64,000 nt of DNA from Takakia lepidozioides (GCA_030704615.1 CM060733.1:63736001-63800000); one strand, 5' to 3'. Positions 13,601-27,062 are shown, counted from the stretch's first letter. Notes: generated by a model from the sequence alone, not told the origin. Numbers and translations: made by a program.

Positions 13601-16471
13601 GTTTAGCAAGCAGGTCAAATATGAAAAACCACTTCAGATGGTCCTTTATCCATAGTTCCTATCTTTTTTGAATCACTTCAAATAAATTAGGAAGGGTGGG
13701 TGGGGGATGAAGAAGCAAGTAGTTATAGTTCTCATAGCCTTTGGGTATTATTTCAAAAAACAGCAACTAAAGAAACCAGCAGCCAATAAGCATCAAATAG
13801 GTGGCTAGCAAACATCCAATACATGGCCGATAGCCAATCACCAAGGTGTTCCCAACCCAGCCAATATAATAGAACAAGGCAGTCCAGCCACAGCTGACGG
13901 TACCTCTGCAAAGTGTGAGATTACATAAGGGAAGCGGAATGCTCATTTGTCCCATAACTTGAATCATCAACCTGTTTCACAACTATCTGAGAATGGTTCA
14001 TGTTCAACCATAATGAATAGCTGAGTAAGTATGTATTTAAAAGGTACTTATCCCTTAAACAATCACAGAGGACTCAAGAAAGGGATTGGTTCATGAAGAG
14101 CCCACTCTGACCACCAGCTTGTTACATGTTATAATAACCAGGTGGGTACTTAAGAAAAACCAGATATGTACATGTATGTCATAAACATACCTAGTTGTTG
14201 AGTTACCCAGAGTTACCCTCATATGAAGCTCGAGAAATGGTTATCTTCTGCTTTTCAAAAAGCTTCATACCCCTTATTGACAATAAACCAGTAGAGCAAG
14301 GGAGACCAATGTTTCGGAAATCTGCTTTGAGTCAGATAGTCGTATGTTTCTGTCATAGCAAATTTCAAGCTTAGTCACTTAGAGGACCAAGATATCAAGT
14401 AAAGACAGAGTTTCCACCTCATGGTGTGGATGCGTGTGTGTCTCATCACGAACTGATCAAGAAAGATCATAATTGTTCTGTGTAACGTCATATCAATACA
14501 TCCTAAATGATGTAAGATCGCAATCATCAAAGCCAGCAGGGGCCTATAGTCTGTATTGAACTAGAAAGAACTCCCCTGGCATATGTGCGTTGTCCGTCTG
14601 GGGTGCAAGGAGTGCACATTCCGTATATGGATGAAGGTTATATCGCAGCAACCCACAGCAGCACCTCTCGAAGCCTACACACATCACAGATTCATAAAAG
14701 GTAGCAGGTCCTCACCTGTACCCGTCCCAAAAAGCACCACAAGCCAATGTGGGTTAGTGAGGATGTACGAGGTGAGTAGCAGACCATCTACGCTTGCTAT
14801 CGCCTTCCAATATGAAACAATGAAAACGCAGAAAGAAATGAGAGAGTAAAAGCCATGGTAGCCAGCGATATTGAATCTACAATGGACAAGTGAAGAAATA
14901 ACAACAAGTCCAATGCAAGAGACCCACAGACGTATGCAACCAGATAACAAGGACCAGAAACCAAGATATGATAATCATCTTTTGGTTTATGCTACACAAG
15001 CAACTCTCGGATTAGAGGAAGTTGTTGTAGCGGTGACCAAAGTCCCTGTAAATGTGTCTCGGAAGCTTGTACATACTTCCAGTAAACGTACATAGACACA
15101 ACTCAAAAGGAATCACAAATCACAAGAGGAGCCCATGGCATCGGGTAACCAGTAAGAGAGGCATAATCATAGCAATTGTTAGCGGGTAACAAGGACCAGA
15201 ACACGAGCCATTATAAGTGCTCCTTGCTTTAAGCCAGAAGAGCAACATTTGGGTATAATGTAGATTGCTGAGGTCATGATACCAAACTCTCATTAAGAGT
15301 ACATAGGCACCTTGAAATCTTGCTGCAGAATTGCCTGTAACAACGTTGTTCGTGTTAGCAAAGCATATGAAAACTTCAGAGACCCCCATCGCAGCACACA
15401 GTTGACGGCGTGCATAAGGAATTAGGGTTCGGCAGTTTGCAGCAGAAAGCACCGGAGGTATTCAATGCAACCCAAAGAAAAGATAGAGTGCAACGAGAAG
15501 CCGGACAGGGACTCAGCAGCGATCCATACCCCTTATAACAAGAAGCTAATGAACATAGCTTTATGGCAGACCGGTCCCGAGTAGCATGAAATTCAAAGAA
15601 GACCCCCAAATTACAATGTCGTCCTCCTCAAAGAATCTGGAAGATGACCGGGTGTGGAAAAGAATAAGGCTGCTAACATGAGAGGACGCTGCATGGTCCT
15701 TAAAGGAAAGTTGCTGATCCATTGAGTACTCTCAAAGGCTCTCATAAAACAAAACACCCAAGTACGTCACTGATACAATCAGACGAATTGAAAGCAGCCA
15801 GGGTAGTATATCAAACCTAACAAGACATGGTTAAAGGCGCTACCACGCCCACCACACATACCGCCCCTACCGAGGCCCCACCCACCATCCCTCAGATGTA
15901 CCAACAAAACATACCCCTTAGATTTCCCCTCACCCACTCTCACTACACACGGATGGATCCCTCATAAACTCCACTGCCGGATATGGAATATATCATGTGG
16001 CCACCCAGCATGGTGTCGCCCTCCGCCTACCGGGTCCTGCCACAATCCTACGCGCTGAACTTATGGCAATATATGAAGCCCTATCTAGGCTAGACACCTT
16101 CCCTCCCCCCTATTATATTTTACCAACAGCCTTACTCACTCTTCCTTATCAGAAACCATATAGCCCGCCCTTCATCCCACCATCATCACCCAGATCGCAA
16201 TCTCATCATTGCCATTGTCCAACTAGCTCTCTCCAATCCCACCCCATCCATTTCCGCAAAGTCCGCTCGCATACAGGGATACATGGAAATGATGTTGCCG
16301 ACCAGTTTGCTCAAGCTGGCGCTGCCCAACCTCCTGTGATCCCATCTGATGACCCTATTTACATCGCCCACACTCGCCTATTTTGGTTCACACACCCTAT
16401 TCCAGATCCACCCGCACCCAGACCCGTTCGCAATCTCCTTATCACTCTCACCAGGGACGCTAACAAACAAG

Positions 16472-19400
16472 TGACGAGCCCTGAGCGCACGCGGTCAGGG
16501 TGACGGCATATTAGTCTAGGGGGGTCGTGGTAAGTTGCAGTGTAGGTTGGGCTCACTGAACCGTCTATCCGACTGCGGTTAGTGTAGGGGGTCCGTGGTC
16601 GTACATGGTGGCTATGATCACTATCTAAGTCTTACCGGCAAAGAGAAATCACGTATTCCTCTTCACAGGGCGAGTTTGCGTTTCTAAGTCCTACGGTATC
16701 CTACAATCTACTTAGTAACTGTCTTCCAAGTCTTTGTGTTTTATTGTTTAATTCCTACCGCCTAGGCCCCCGAGCCGCCTATAGTCGAGACATGTTTTTA
16801 TCCCTTCACAAGGCACCTGCCGAACCTAGGAAGAAGAGGGAAAATTTTCCTCTCCCAATGCCCCTCCTTCACCGAGTGCTTAAGTTCAAGTCATCTCTGA
16901 TGGAAGGGCCAACGCTTCCTACCCCAGTGCCTAAAATACTTTGTCTTAGCAAATGACTGGCCAAAATAATCTAATAGGTTCACCAAGTTCAATAAGGTGG
17001 TTCTAAGCCTCTCAACTCAATAAGTTCAATCAGTTTAATCAACACCCTTCAGGCTATAACGTGCACCACGTGCATCTATCCTATTTAAGCAATTTCGCAA
17101 ATCAGAAATGCTGGAGAATAAAAGAAATTAAAAAAATCAGGAAAAATACCTCTCATATGGAAATCCTGTCGGGAATCCAAAGATACCCTTGGCACCTAAA
17201 GATGCCCTTGGGAACCCTATGGGAACCCAATGAGAACCGAGGAACACTCGAGAACCGTTCCCTGCCACAGAGAACTGCCGCGGCCCTATCGGATGAATGA
17301 ATCTCGCTGAGAGCTCATCCCTGCCACTACATTCATTAGTCGAGAACATGCATGTGTAAATAATAAAATAACCACTGGTGGGTCCAAGCCAGATTTCACC
17401 CCTTTACATTATTTTAAGACGCTGGTGCGTTTTTCCTCCGTAGAAAAAGTCATCCTCTACCTTGGGCTCTGACACAAAGGCGCACTGTAGCCGAGTTTTT
17501 AGGACAGAGTACTTTTTCTCTTCCTTTGTCTTTCGAGGTCTCCGCCTCTAGCTCACTGCTCTCTCTTGGAGTCATAAGAACGCTCCCCTCCAAGGCTACG
17601 TCCTCCCAAAATCCTAGATTTTATCTACTATTGGCGCCTTAGATAATGGCTCTTAACCCTTAGAGGGGTATAACTTGAATCTAACAGCTAAAGGTAAGAA
17701 TACCCCCCCTTTAAGGGATTTGCAGACGCATTGCCCACTGGGTAAAACGCCCCCGCCACGTGGCGGGGCACAGATCCGCGTGTAGCAGTCCAAGCCGTGG
17801 ACCGCTGCGGTTAACGCCGGCGTCCGCCGGTCCGTCTTAACTTTTGGTTATCCCGCGGGTAAAGACCCGCACCCTGCTCGCACGATTCAAGGCCTCACGC
17901 CTGAGCCACGCGGCTGATATACTTGATCTCAGTATGACTTAAGGTCAGCGTTGGGGCCCCGCTTCCCGTACGTCGTGGCTGGGCCACGGCTACCTCTATG
18001 CTTTTAGTAATCGAGTGCCTACTTCTAGGCGCAGCACCCGTACTCCTCCCGGGGTGCTCGCAACCTTGGGGCAGTTGCTGTCCAGCGAAATTAACCCGCC
18101 CAAACCCCAAGACAAAAGAAAATACAACCCACCCTCCCCTAGGCCTCCATGGCTTGCTAGTGGGGGGGGGAAATTAACACATAGTGGCCTTATAGTGGCC
18201 TTATATCATAGATCCAGCCTACTGGCCTGCTTTTGCCAAAACTGTCTATATTTCAAATTAGTAATCAAACACAAAGATTCCTTCTTCAAACAATTCAACT
18301 ACAAGCCTCTATTGGTACCCTTTCCAATAGGCTATGGGGTTCTTCCCCTTGTCAATTCTAAACATGAAATAGTGGGATTCCACAATGCACTCTCTTCTTT
18401 TGAGGAGCCTAAATCAGATTTTCAACTTCAAGCTTTGCTTGGAAAATAAATGAATCACATACATAAATGGTGAAATGGTAAGATGGGATCAACTTTTCTA
18501 TGCGAGAGTGTTTGGGATGCTCTATCGGCTCAAGTAATGGTACTCTATGCGGCCTCCACTTGGGCCACACCAGCCCCTCTTACTCGTCCTCAAGTCAATT
18601 TCCTCTACATGAAATTGCTCTCTTCCTTCACAAATGAAATGGCTCAAAGGCCCACAAGCTAGGCCACTTGCTTAGCTCACAAGAATTCTACCTAAGCAGG
18701 GAGCTTCAAGCTCTACTCTCTAGGATCTAGCCTCCTCAAGCCTCAAACTAACAACACTACAACAACAAGAGGAAACTAAGCAAGAGAAGAACTAGATAAA
18801 GAACAAGAGAAGCACTAGATGAAGAACAAGAGAAGCCTTGCCCTTCTTTTATATTGTTTTTGAGCCTAATAAACTAATGAAAAATATTCATTAAACTATT
18901 GTTTTCTTGGAGGATCTATAATATAATATTCAACATGGATTAAAAGTCTTAGAGGCAAATGAAAGCTGGCTTTTCATCCATCCAATTGGATGACCAGTTA
19001 GCGTGAGTTGTCATTTCATCCATCCAGCTCCTCAAGGCGAATTCCAGGATATTTCATCCATCCAAGAAATAGAAATGCAAATAATAGGCCATGTGAGTGC
19101 CGTCGACTCAATAATTTGGCCCCGCTGCTAATCAGCTCTATAAATCACCAAACTTTGTGAAAAACTACAATTATATACCCCGTATCAGCCTAGTTGTGCT
19201 TCTCGCCATTCGTCGTATTTTCGCTACACACAGATTTTGTGATAGTTTTGGAAATCAAATCCCTGGTGATGGCTCTGGGGTCTTTGACCCTGCCACTGAG
19301 TCATAGGTTGTCCGGAGTCCCCTCCAGCTGTCCCGCACTGCTAACAAGTCCACGCTTCGCCGTTTGAAGTCGTCCTGACCTGCTGTCATTCCGATGCAAC

Positions 19401-19799
19401 CAATTGCTTTGTTGCAATATTTCATCGTTGTACATGTCGCTTCCACCAATTGCCAAGCTTCTCGCCATGTGTTCCTACTGGACTTGAAAGGCGGGAGAAA
19501 AGAGAGATCCCAATCTGGGACTGGAACAGTCGTCCTGTATTGTTTGAACATGATTAACTTGTCATTTCTGGTACCGAATTGACAACTTAATCTGCTGTCG
19601 ATGCAGCTTCATACAGTCATCTTGACGCCAAAGTTCCACTCCATGGTCGTTGCAGACACTGTCTAATTTCCTACGTGCTTTACCAACGATTTCCAGACAA
19701 CTAACAAACTAACCTGTTTTGGCAGTACAATGCCGAAACCGCTTGTCTTATGATAAAAAACGATCTGAAAAGAAAACTGTACCAATATATGCATCTATA
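16472..19799 (+). repeat. Long (~3.3 kb) LTR followed by a PBS-like TGGCGACCAATGGGGA
   Basis: Starts TGACGAG at the TSD. Its last ~470 bp match the right terminus. TGGCGACC..TGGGGA at ~19804-19819 resembles the tRNA-Arg PBS of Ogre/Tat elements. Confidence 0.65.
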
Positions 19800-21442
19800 T
19801 ACATGGCGACCAATGGGGAACACTCGTCCCGAGTGTAAGAGAATCCAGGATCTCTGGATCGTAAAATCCCCTTACTAGGGTATCCCTGATATCCCTTGGA
19901 GTCAACGAATTCCTTGAGTAAAGATAAGAATAATTCCCCTCAGGCTCTTCATCCTCGGAGAGAGTTTGAGTCTTCCGGGAGAGAGGAGGAAATAAAAGCA
20001 AAAGCCAAAAAATGTTTCAAAACCACCCAACTCGCCTTCTTCGGAGAAAGTTGGAGTTCCCAAATAAAAAATATTTCAAAACCGTCATTCTCCCCCACCG
20101 AACTGGGTTCGAATCCCCTAGATGATGTAAGAGAGATATGCACGTTGCAAATTGATGATTCTACTCTAAAATAGCCTTGGAAGGACTTTGGTTCTACCCT
20201 ACTTGACATGGCTTGCAGGGACCTCTCATGGATGTGCACAGCTCATTGTAACATGCTGGGGCCTCGACTCGAGCTCGGACGGGCCTAAATGCTCCTAAAC
20301 AGGATGCTTCTGGGAGTCCTAATTCTTGGCTCCCGTAACAATAGAAAAGATTGGATACCCGAGGACCCTACCCATGAAATAGACGCACCATTTCTAACTA
20401 CAATCTAACTTGGTTCATGACTCGCAGGGACCTCTCATGGATTTCGCAGAGCTCATGATAAAATTCTTGACCTAAGAAATGATTGGATCCATTCTGAACC
20501 TCAGAGGACCATACTCTGGAATAATGTATCATTCTATTTGAAGAGGTCACAGGCCCTTCTGGGGTTTCTTGTGCCTAACGCCCTTCACTCTTGTAACGGG
20601 AGCAACAACCACTGCTCTACAACTCACATTTTATCCCCTCACTGCTTTTGACTTTTCTCTCTCTCTACGAGGAATGCTGCAGCGGGGTAAGGTGAAAATG
20701 ACAAAAGGTTTAAGGTTAGAATCCCCGTGCGGGAAGTCGCTGTGCTCCATGCAGGGAGCATCAGTATACTGCAGAATGCTTGATACAACAAGCATTTATT
20801 TTTTCTCGAGATATGCTTGAGCAGACACAGATTTACTCTGTATGATGATCGACAGTGTGCATTGAACAAGAGTGCATATATTAGTCCACCCATTGTTCCC
20901 ATTCCTGTACCTATGGTTCTTCACTTGGTGAAAAAAGAAAAGAAACTCACAACACGTGATTAGTAACGAAGATGTATGAAGTCTTCTACTTGGCAATTGG
21001 ATGGTCATAGCTTTCATAGCTTATGCCATATCAAACGAATTCTAATTCTACAAGGTGGGTTAAATTACTGCATTCTATGTGCCCCGCATCCCAAGGTCTG
21101 TCCTTGTGGATTCCAATAACTACCAGAAAATTCACTCTGGAGAACAAACCACCTCTTTAATGCAACTGCGTTGCCCCACATCCCAAGATCTACCCTTGGA
21201 ACTCCAAGAAAGGGTGTCAATAACCTACTTGGGTAAGAGCCCTACTGATTTCTTCCCATTGAAGAAGTTTCATTGGATTATTGCAACTTAGTTGCCCTGC
21301 ACTCCACCTCGTTGTGGAGCTCCAATAACCAATGAGTCAATGGATAGAAATTACCAACATTTCCTTCCAACAAACCGGGACGAAATCCTAAAGATCTCTC
21401 CCTTAGTGGGGGGAAATATAGTTCATTGGTTAATGGAACTCA

Positions 21443-24400
21443 CATGTAGTAGTACTTGCACCGGACACCGTTCACCAGGTTGGAAAACTCCACTCCCCTT
21501 AATGTCTCTAGTTGTAATGAGCCGTCGTCAAAGACTGTCTTGACGAGATAAGGGCCCATCCAGTATGAGTCAAACTTGGCTTTGAACTCCTCGTTCCGAC
21601 TGTCGAATAATAGTACAAGATCTCCTGGATCGAAGATTCTCTTTTTGCGCTTAGCATCTAAGCGGGCCTTCCTTCCTCGTTGCGCTGCCTCGATGTGCTG
21701 AGCTGCTGCTTGCTGGAGTTCATCCAGTCTTCCAATATCTCGAGTCGTTCTTTTAATGACTCGGATGTCGCCAACCGTTCGGTAATGGCCAATCGTAGAG
21801 ATGGGATTTCTGTCTCGATTGGCATGATGGACTCTACCCCATAAACCAATGAAAAGGGGGTATGTTGAGTAGTTACCTTATGGGTCGTGCGAAATGCCCA
21901 CAAGGCCGAAATTAACTTGGTGTCCCAATCCCTCTTGTGCTCCCTGATTGTCTTGGAGAGAATGTTGCACAGGGTTTGGCTGGCGCGCTCCACCTATCCA
22001 CTCGTTTGTGGATGATAAGGGGTCACTTTTCGATGTTTGATGGAGAATGCCACCATCATTTTCTCGATGACGTCATTGATGAAGTGAGATCCTCTGTCAC
22101 TCACTATCTCTTTTGGGCATCTGAATCGGGAAATGATATATTCATAAATGAAAGAGGCGGTTACCTGTGCGTTGGCCTTCTTAACCGCTTTGGCTTCTGC
22201 CCACTTGGTCAGATACTCAATGGCTACAATGATGTAGCAATTTTGTCGACTCGATGCAAGGTGCACTTCCCCTACATAGTCGATTCCCCACTTCTCAAAC
22301 GGAGCAAGGAAGAGAGTGGGAACTACTGGCATTCCGAGCCTGTTATCCTGCTTGGCGTACCTCTGACAAGAGTCGCATTTTCGCACATGCATGTGCGCAT
22401 CTTTGAACATGGAGGGCCAGTAGTATCTTGCCCTCAAAGCCTTCTGCACTGTGAGCCGCCCTGCAAAGTGTCCTCCGCACATGCAATTATGGGCTGACTC
22501 TAAAATCTGGGGAACCTCCTCTGGGGTGACGCATTGCCTCAAGAGTCCATCCAATCCCCTTCTATAAAGTTGCCCTCCCACAAGAGCAAACTTCGTGCTG
22601 CGCAGTCGAAGCCTTCGTCGTGCATGTCGATCCAATCCTGGGGGAAATTTCATCCGGAAAATCATCGTCAATGGGCTCGTCTCATGTTTCCTCCGACAAT
22701 CGGGAAAGGTGATCAGCCTGAGCATTAAGCCTTCCGGGCTTGTAGACTACCTTGTAGTCGAATCCCTGAAGCAGAATAACCCACCTGGCCATTATCCCCG
22801 TCAAATTGGGTTTGTTGATCAGGTATCGTAATGCCATGTGATCAACAAAAAAAGTAAAAGGTGTCTCCAGCAAATAGTGCCGATACTTCTTTACGGCAAA
22901 AATCATTCCCAGAGCCTCCCGCTCCGTGGTGCTATACCTCGTTTTGGCGAATGTCAGCTGTCGACTGGCGAAGGATATCGGATGATCATGGCCATCAGCA
23001 TCTGGTTGGCATAGGGCACAGCCTACGGCCACCGCTGAAGCATCAAACATGGAAAGGCCTGTTCAGTCGGGAGCAGCCAAAACGGGAGCGAACACCAAGC
23101 GCTGCTTGAGTGTCTCGAAAGACTCCTGACACCCTGTATCTCAGGAAAATACCTAGTTCTTCTTCAATAATCGAGTCAGAGGTAAGGCCTCTGCTGCATA
23201 CTTGTCCATAAATTTCCTATACCACCCTGTGTGGCCAAAGAACCCTTTCACCTTAGATGATGTCTCTGGTGCGGGCAATTCGACTATGACGCTCACCTTT
23301 GCTGGATCTGTCGCCGCGCCATCTTTGGACACTATGTGCCTTAGTAGCAGTCCATGTGTGACTGCAAATATGCACTTCATTGGGTTGAGAGAGATTCCAT
23401 TATCCCTGCACCGGATGAAGCACTCTTGTAATGCTGCAATGTGATCTTTTGCATCCCCATTGCAACAAAAGTCATCTAAGAAGATGACCAAATTTCTTCT
23501 CACGATGTCTAAGAAGGCATACGTCATGACCCTCTGAAACGTAAGGGGTGCGTTGCACAGGCCAAAGGGCATCCGTGTATAGGCAAAGGTGCCCCATGGT
23601 GAAGTAAAGGTGGTTTTCAACACGTCCTTTGGGTCAATCAACACCTGATTGTACCCTGAGAATCCATCCATGAAAGAGTAGAGCTCCTTCCCTGCTACTT
23701 CTTCCACCAAAGTGTCTATGAAGAGCAGTGCTAAGTTGGGGTTCACCCTTCTCTCCCGTTGTCGTCTTGGGGTGGCTCCCGGAATCAGGGGAATGAAATG
23801 CATTGCCACGTAAGAAGGCACTCCCTTCAATTCGGTGTAGGACCATGCAAAGATGTCCCCAAATTCCTTGAACAGTGCCTGATACTCCAAGGCCTGCTTT
23901 GTTGTCAAGTGGGCTCCCACCTTCACCATCTTTGGTGACTCTCCTCCAACTGCCATGTCGATCAACTACGTCGTTGGTTCCGATGTGAAACACGACCCCG
24001 GCTCAAATCAAGATCCGTTTGATCCCTGCTACAAATAAGGAATGTAGGGGGCGCTATGTTTCATGACATCCCTTTCTAGGTTGACCTCCTCTACAATTCT
24101 CATATCCAGAATCTCGCCGTTTTCCTCCGGAGGAATCTCCTGTTCCTGTAGACCAACCCGTTCGGTAGATATGGAAAAGAGTTCGGTCAATGACTCGAAC
24201 TGTGGAAGTGCCTCAGTTGATACCGAGTGTATCATCACTTCCTTACCTTGGTTTTCTCCGAACATCCAGGCGATGCAGTCTGCATCAGACTCACATTCAT
24301 ACAATCCTGGTCCTAGAGACTTGACTGCGTCTTCTAGTCCTACCTTTCTCTACTTAACCTCCCTGTGAGGCGCGATAGCTGTTGCTAAAACTCGGTGGGC

Positions 24401-25260
24401 GTGTGAGGAGGGCAGGAGCTCTCCCTCTGACCACAAATCCTCCTCCCTCAAGTCTGCAGACTCCTCTTCAGAACCAATCATGCTGAGCTCATCCTCAACC
24501 GTTTCTTCGTGAGGTGCTCCAGAAAGAAATGCAACAGTAGTAGTGTAAGGTCTTACCCCACAAGTAATGGTGCGTGCCCCCCAGTCCGTTCGTGCCCTGG
24601 ACTGGACCAACCATGGCCTTCATAATAGGAGTGCATACGAATATTCGTCGATGGGGAAGTCTATGATTTGGAAGTCTACTGCATACGTGTAGCCTCATGT
24701 CTTCATCTTGACATTTGCTATGTGACCCACTGGTCGGATCTTCCGCTGGTCAGCTAGCCTAATTGTCAGAGGGGATTCCCCTGTCATGTTCAAACCCAGT
24801 TTGGATAGAGTGGAGAATGGCATGATGTTGACTGAGCTCCCATCATCCACTAAACAACGCCATATGAATCGGTCAGCAATTTCCACTTCTATCTCTACTG
24901 GTCCTGGGTCGATGTGAGCATTGATATGGTGGGCCTGAGCAGAAATGCTTACTCGCTTCCTCACCAATCATGCCTTAAGAGCGTGGCGGACTGTGGGCGC
25001 CATGGCTACGAGCTGCGCAAACGTAATGTTTGCTTGAATATGGCAAAGATCCTCCATTAGATTGTACGGTTCCAGCTCGTCTGTGAACCGCATGGTTGAA
25101 TGCATCCTCCTCCGGGGAAGCTTTTCTGATGTCGTCGGCCGATTCGCCAGACTCTTTGCTCTTGATACCGAGGGTCGAGAAATGGTTGATCGGGCTATTG
25201 GAGGTTCCGCCTCTGCGAATGCTACCTCCTTCTCTTTGGGATGGTTTTCCGGGGTCCCCT
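21443..25260 (-). pseudogene. Ty3/gypsy pol (protease, RT, RNase H, integrase), frameshifted
   Basis: PR LVDDGSSVNIM; RT YSFMDGFSGYNQ...MPFGLCNAP...FLDDF with an internal deletion; RH DASAVAVG..PISFASR..YSTTEREAL; INT H..GGH..C..CQ, FEKWGIDY, IVSDRGSHF, YHPQTSG; GPY/F motif WMGPY. Confidence 0.93.
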
Positions 25261-25915
25261 CTAGTTGTCCCGCACCGCTAACAAGTCCACGCTTCGCCGT
25301 TTGAAGTCGTCCTGACCTGCTGTCATTCCGATGCGGCCAATTGCTTTAATGCAATATTTCATCGCTATACATGTCGCTTCCACCAATTGCCAAGTTCCTC
25401 GCCGTGTGTTCCTACTGGACTTGAAAGGCGGGAGAAAAGAGAGATCACAATTTGGGACTGGAACAGTCGTCCTGTATTGTTTGAGCATGATTAACTTGCC
25501 GTTTCTGGTACCGAATTGGCAACCTAATCTGCTGTCGATGCAGCTTCCTACGGTCATCTTGACGCTAGAGTTCCACTCCATGGTCGTCGCAGACACTGTC
25601 TAATTTCCTACGTGCTTTACCAACGATTTCCAGACAACTAACAAACTAACATGTTTTGGCAGTACAATGCCGAAATCGCTTGTCTTATGATCAAAAATGA
25701 TCTGAAAAGAAAAGTGTACCAATATATGCATCTACAACAAGCCGCTGGATCAATTAGCCATGCTAAAGTCCACATTCAAAAGTGGAGACAATCCAATGTG
25801 CTACACCATAAACTATCAAATCACTTCTGGAATACCCAAATCACTACAGATGCACAAATCCGTCAAGTCCTTAAATTCAGATACGCCCAGTACATGGGAC
25901 ACCAGCGCAAGCACA

Positions 25916-26104
25916 AAATATATATATATATATATATATGACGCCTCCCGAAGGGAGCGTAACTTATGGTGTCGCTTCACCACAAGGGCTACTGCCTTCC
26001 AGCTGAAATGTGGACACCTTCATGACACACCATACCGTGGTTTGAACCCACAACCACATCCAACGTGGTATGTGCCCATTACCACTGAGCTACATGCTGA
26101 TTGT
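25916..26104 (-). mobile_element. tRNA-derived SINE (same family as 4095-4268) inserted into the LINE ORF
   Basis: Minus-strand A box TAGCTCAGTGG and B box GGGTTCAAACC, (TA)n tail, TSD CAGCGCAAGCACA (25903-25915 / 26105-26117). Confidence 0.88.
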
Positions 26105-26982
26105 CAGCGCAAGCACATTTTCTGGCCGAGTCTTTTTCCATCTCCATACTGCCCACTCTGCTCAGGCACCCATCAAGAATGTGACACCTGGCCACACTTA
26201 CTTAGCCAATGTACACACCCTGTCATACATGGCCTACATATTACACGACACAACCAAGCAGTATGGCATATCCACAAACCACTCCTCAGTCGTGCCGAAA
26301 CCAGATGGTACACACTCCTAAACGCATGCACATACCAAGGTGGCCCACCCGATCACACTGTCCCACCATGGCTGCTTCCATGCACTTGTACCTCTCGAAC
26401 ATGCACCTGTCCAGCCAGACTTTGCCCAGATATTCTACTAGTGTAGGGTCTACGCATGGCTACCCTACCTCCTACCACACCATCCCCATCACTCACTATC
26501 CACTTCATCGAGTTCACATACTGTCACGACTGATACCCACAAGACTCTATCCTGGAAAAATGGCAAAAATACGCCCCATTTATCCTTGCTATCCACCGGC
26601 GAGGATGTCGCACCGGTCCTCTAACTGTCATCACGGCACGTACTAGAGGAGGCATACACAATGCCAGCATTAATGATCTACACAACAACTTTCACATCCC
26701 TATCTCCCCAATTCACAAATGTTTTTAAGCTATCCACCTCACAGCCCTCCGTTCTCTCACTGCTATTATCACCAATAAACGAAAACTCGAGTCCAACCCA
26801 ACATCAGTACCATGGCACCCCCCCTGATGGTACCCCTCATTCTCTTTCTAGCACCACAACTGCACACATACCCTGGTTACTAGGTGACCAACTGGTCACC
26901 TGTCTTTTAGATAGGGCCCACCCCCGACAGGGAGCAGTAGCCGTAAGACGAAGTGGCTCTTAGTTACGCCGGCTTCGGCCGG

Positions 26983-26985
<3 letters not shown>

Positions 26986-27060
<75 letters not shown>
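26986..27060 (+). repeat. (CT)n microsatellite, the LINE 3' tail
   Basis: About 37 CT units directly after the conserved 3' structure. Confidence 0.95.

Positions 27061-27062
<2 letters not shown>

Larger units (their letters stand above)
16472..25736. mobile_element. Ty3/gypsy LTR retrotransposon insertion (non-chromovirus, Tat/Ogre-like), rearranged
   Basis: TG...CA termini with a 5-bp TSD ACAAG (16467-16471 / 25737-25741). 19330-19797 is duplicated at ~25265-25736 (LTR end). Confidence 0.85.
15838..27060 (+). mobile_element. 5'-truncated non-LTR retrotransposon with RNase H, CCHC knuckle and restriction-like endonuclease (Dualen/RandI-like), interrupted by an LTR element and a SINE
   Basis: RNase H: YTDGS...RAELMAI...KVRSHTGIHGNDVADQFA (15940-16330). 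The frame resumes after the insertion at 25737 (AAGSISHAK...KFRYAQYMG), then CPLC..CDTWPHLLSQC, RHNQAV, PDILLV, IEFTYC, K..KY (RLE). Structured 3' UTR and (CT)n tail. Confidence 0.85.

Noticed and set aside
15826-15832. ATGGTT as the TSD of the large LINE (also at 27061)
   Set aside because: It is only 6 bp and the two flanks do not look like one continuous pre-insertion sequence.
26910-26990. Known hammerhead, twister or HDV ribozyme
   Set aside because: No CUGANGA/GAAA core or other known ribozyme consensus is recognisable by eye on either strand; kept only as a conserved structure.
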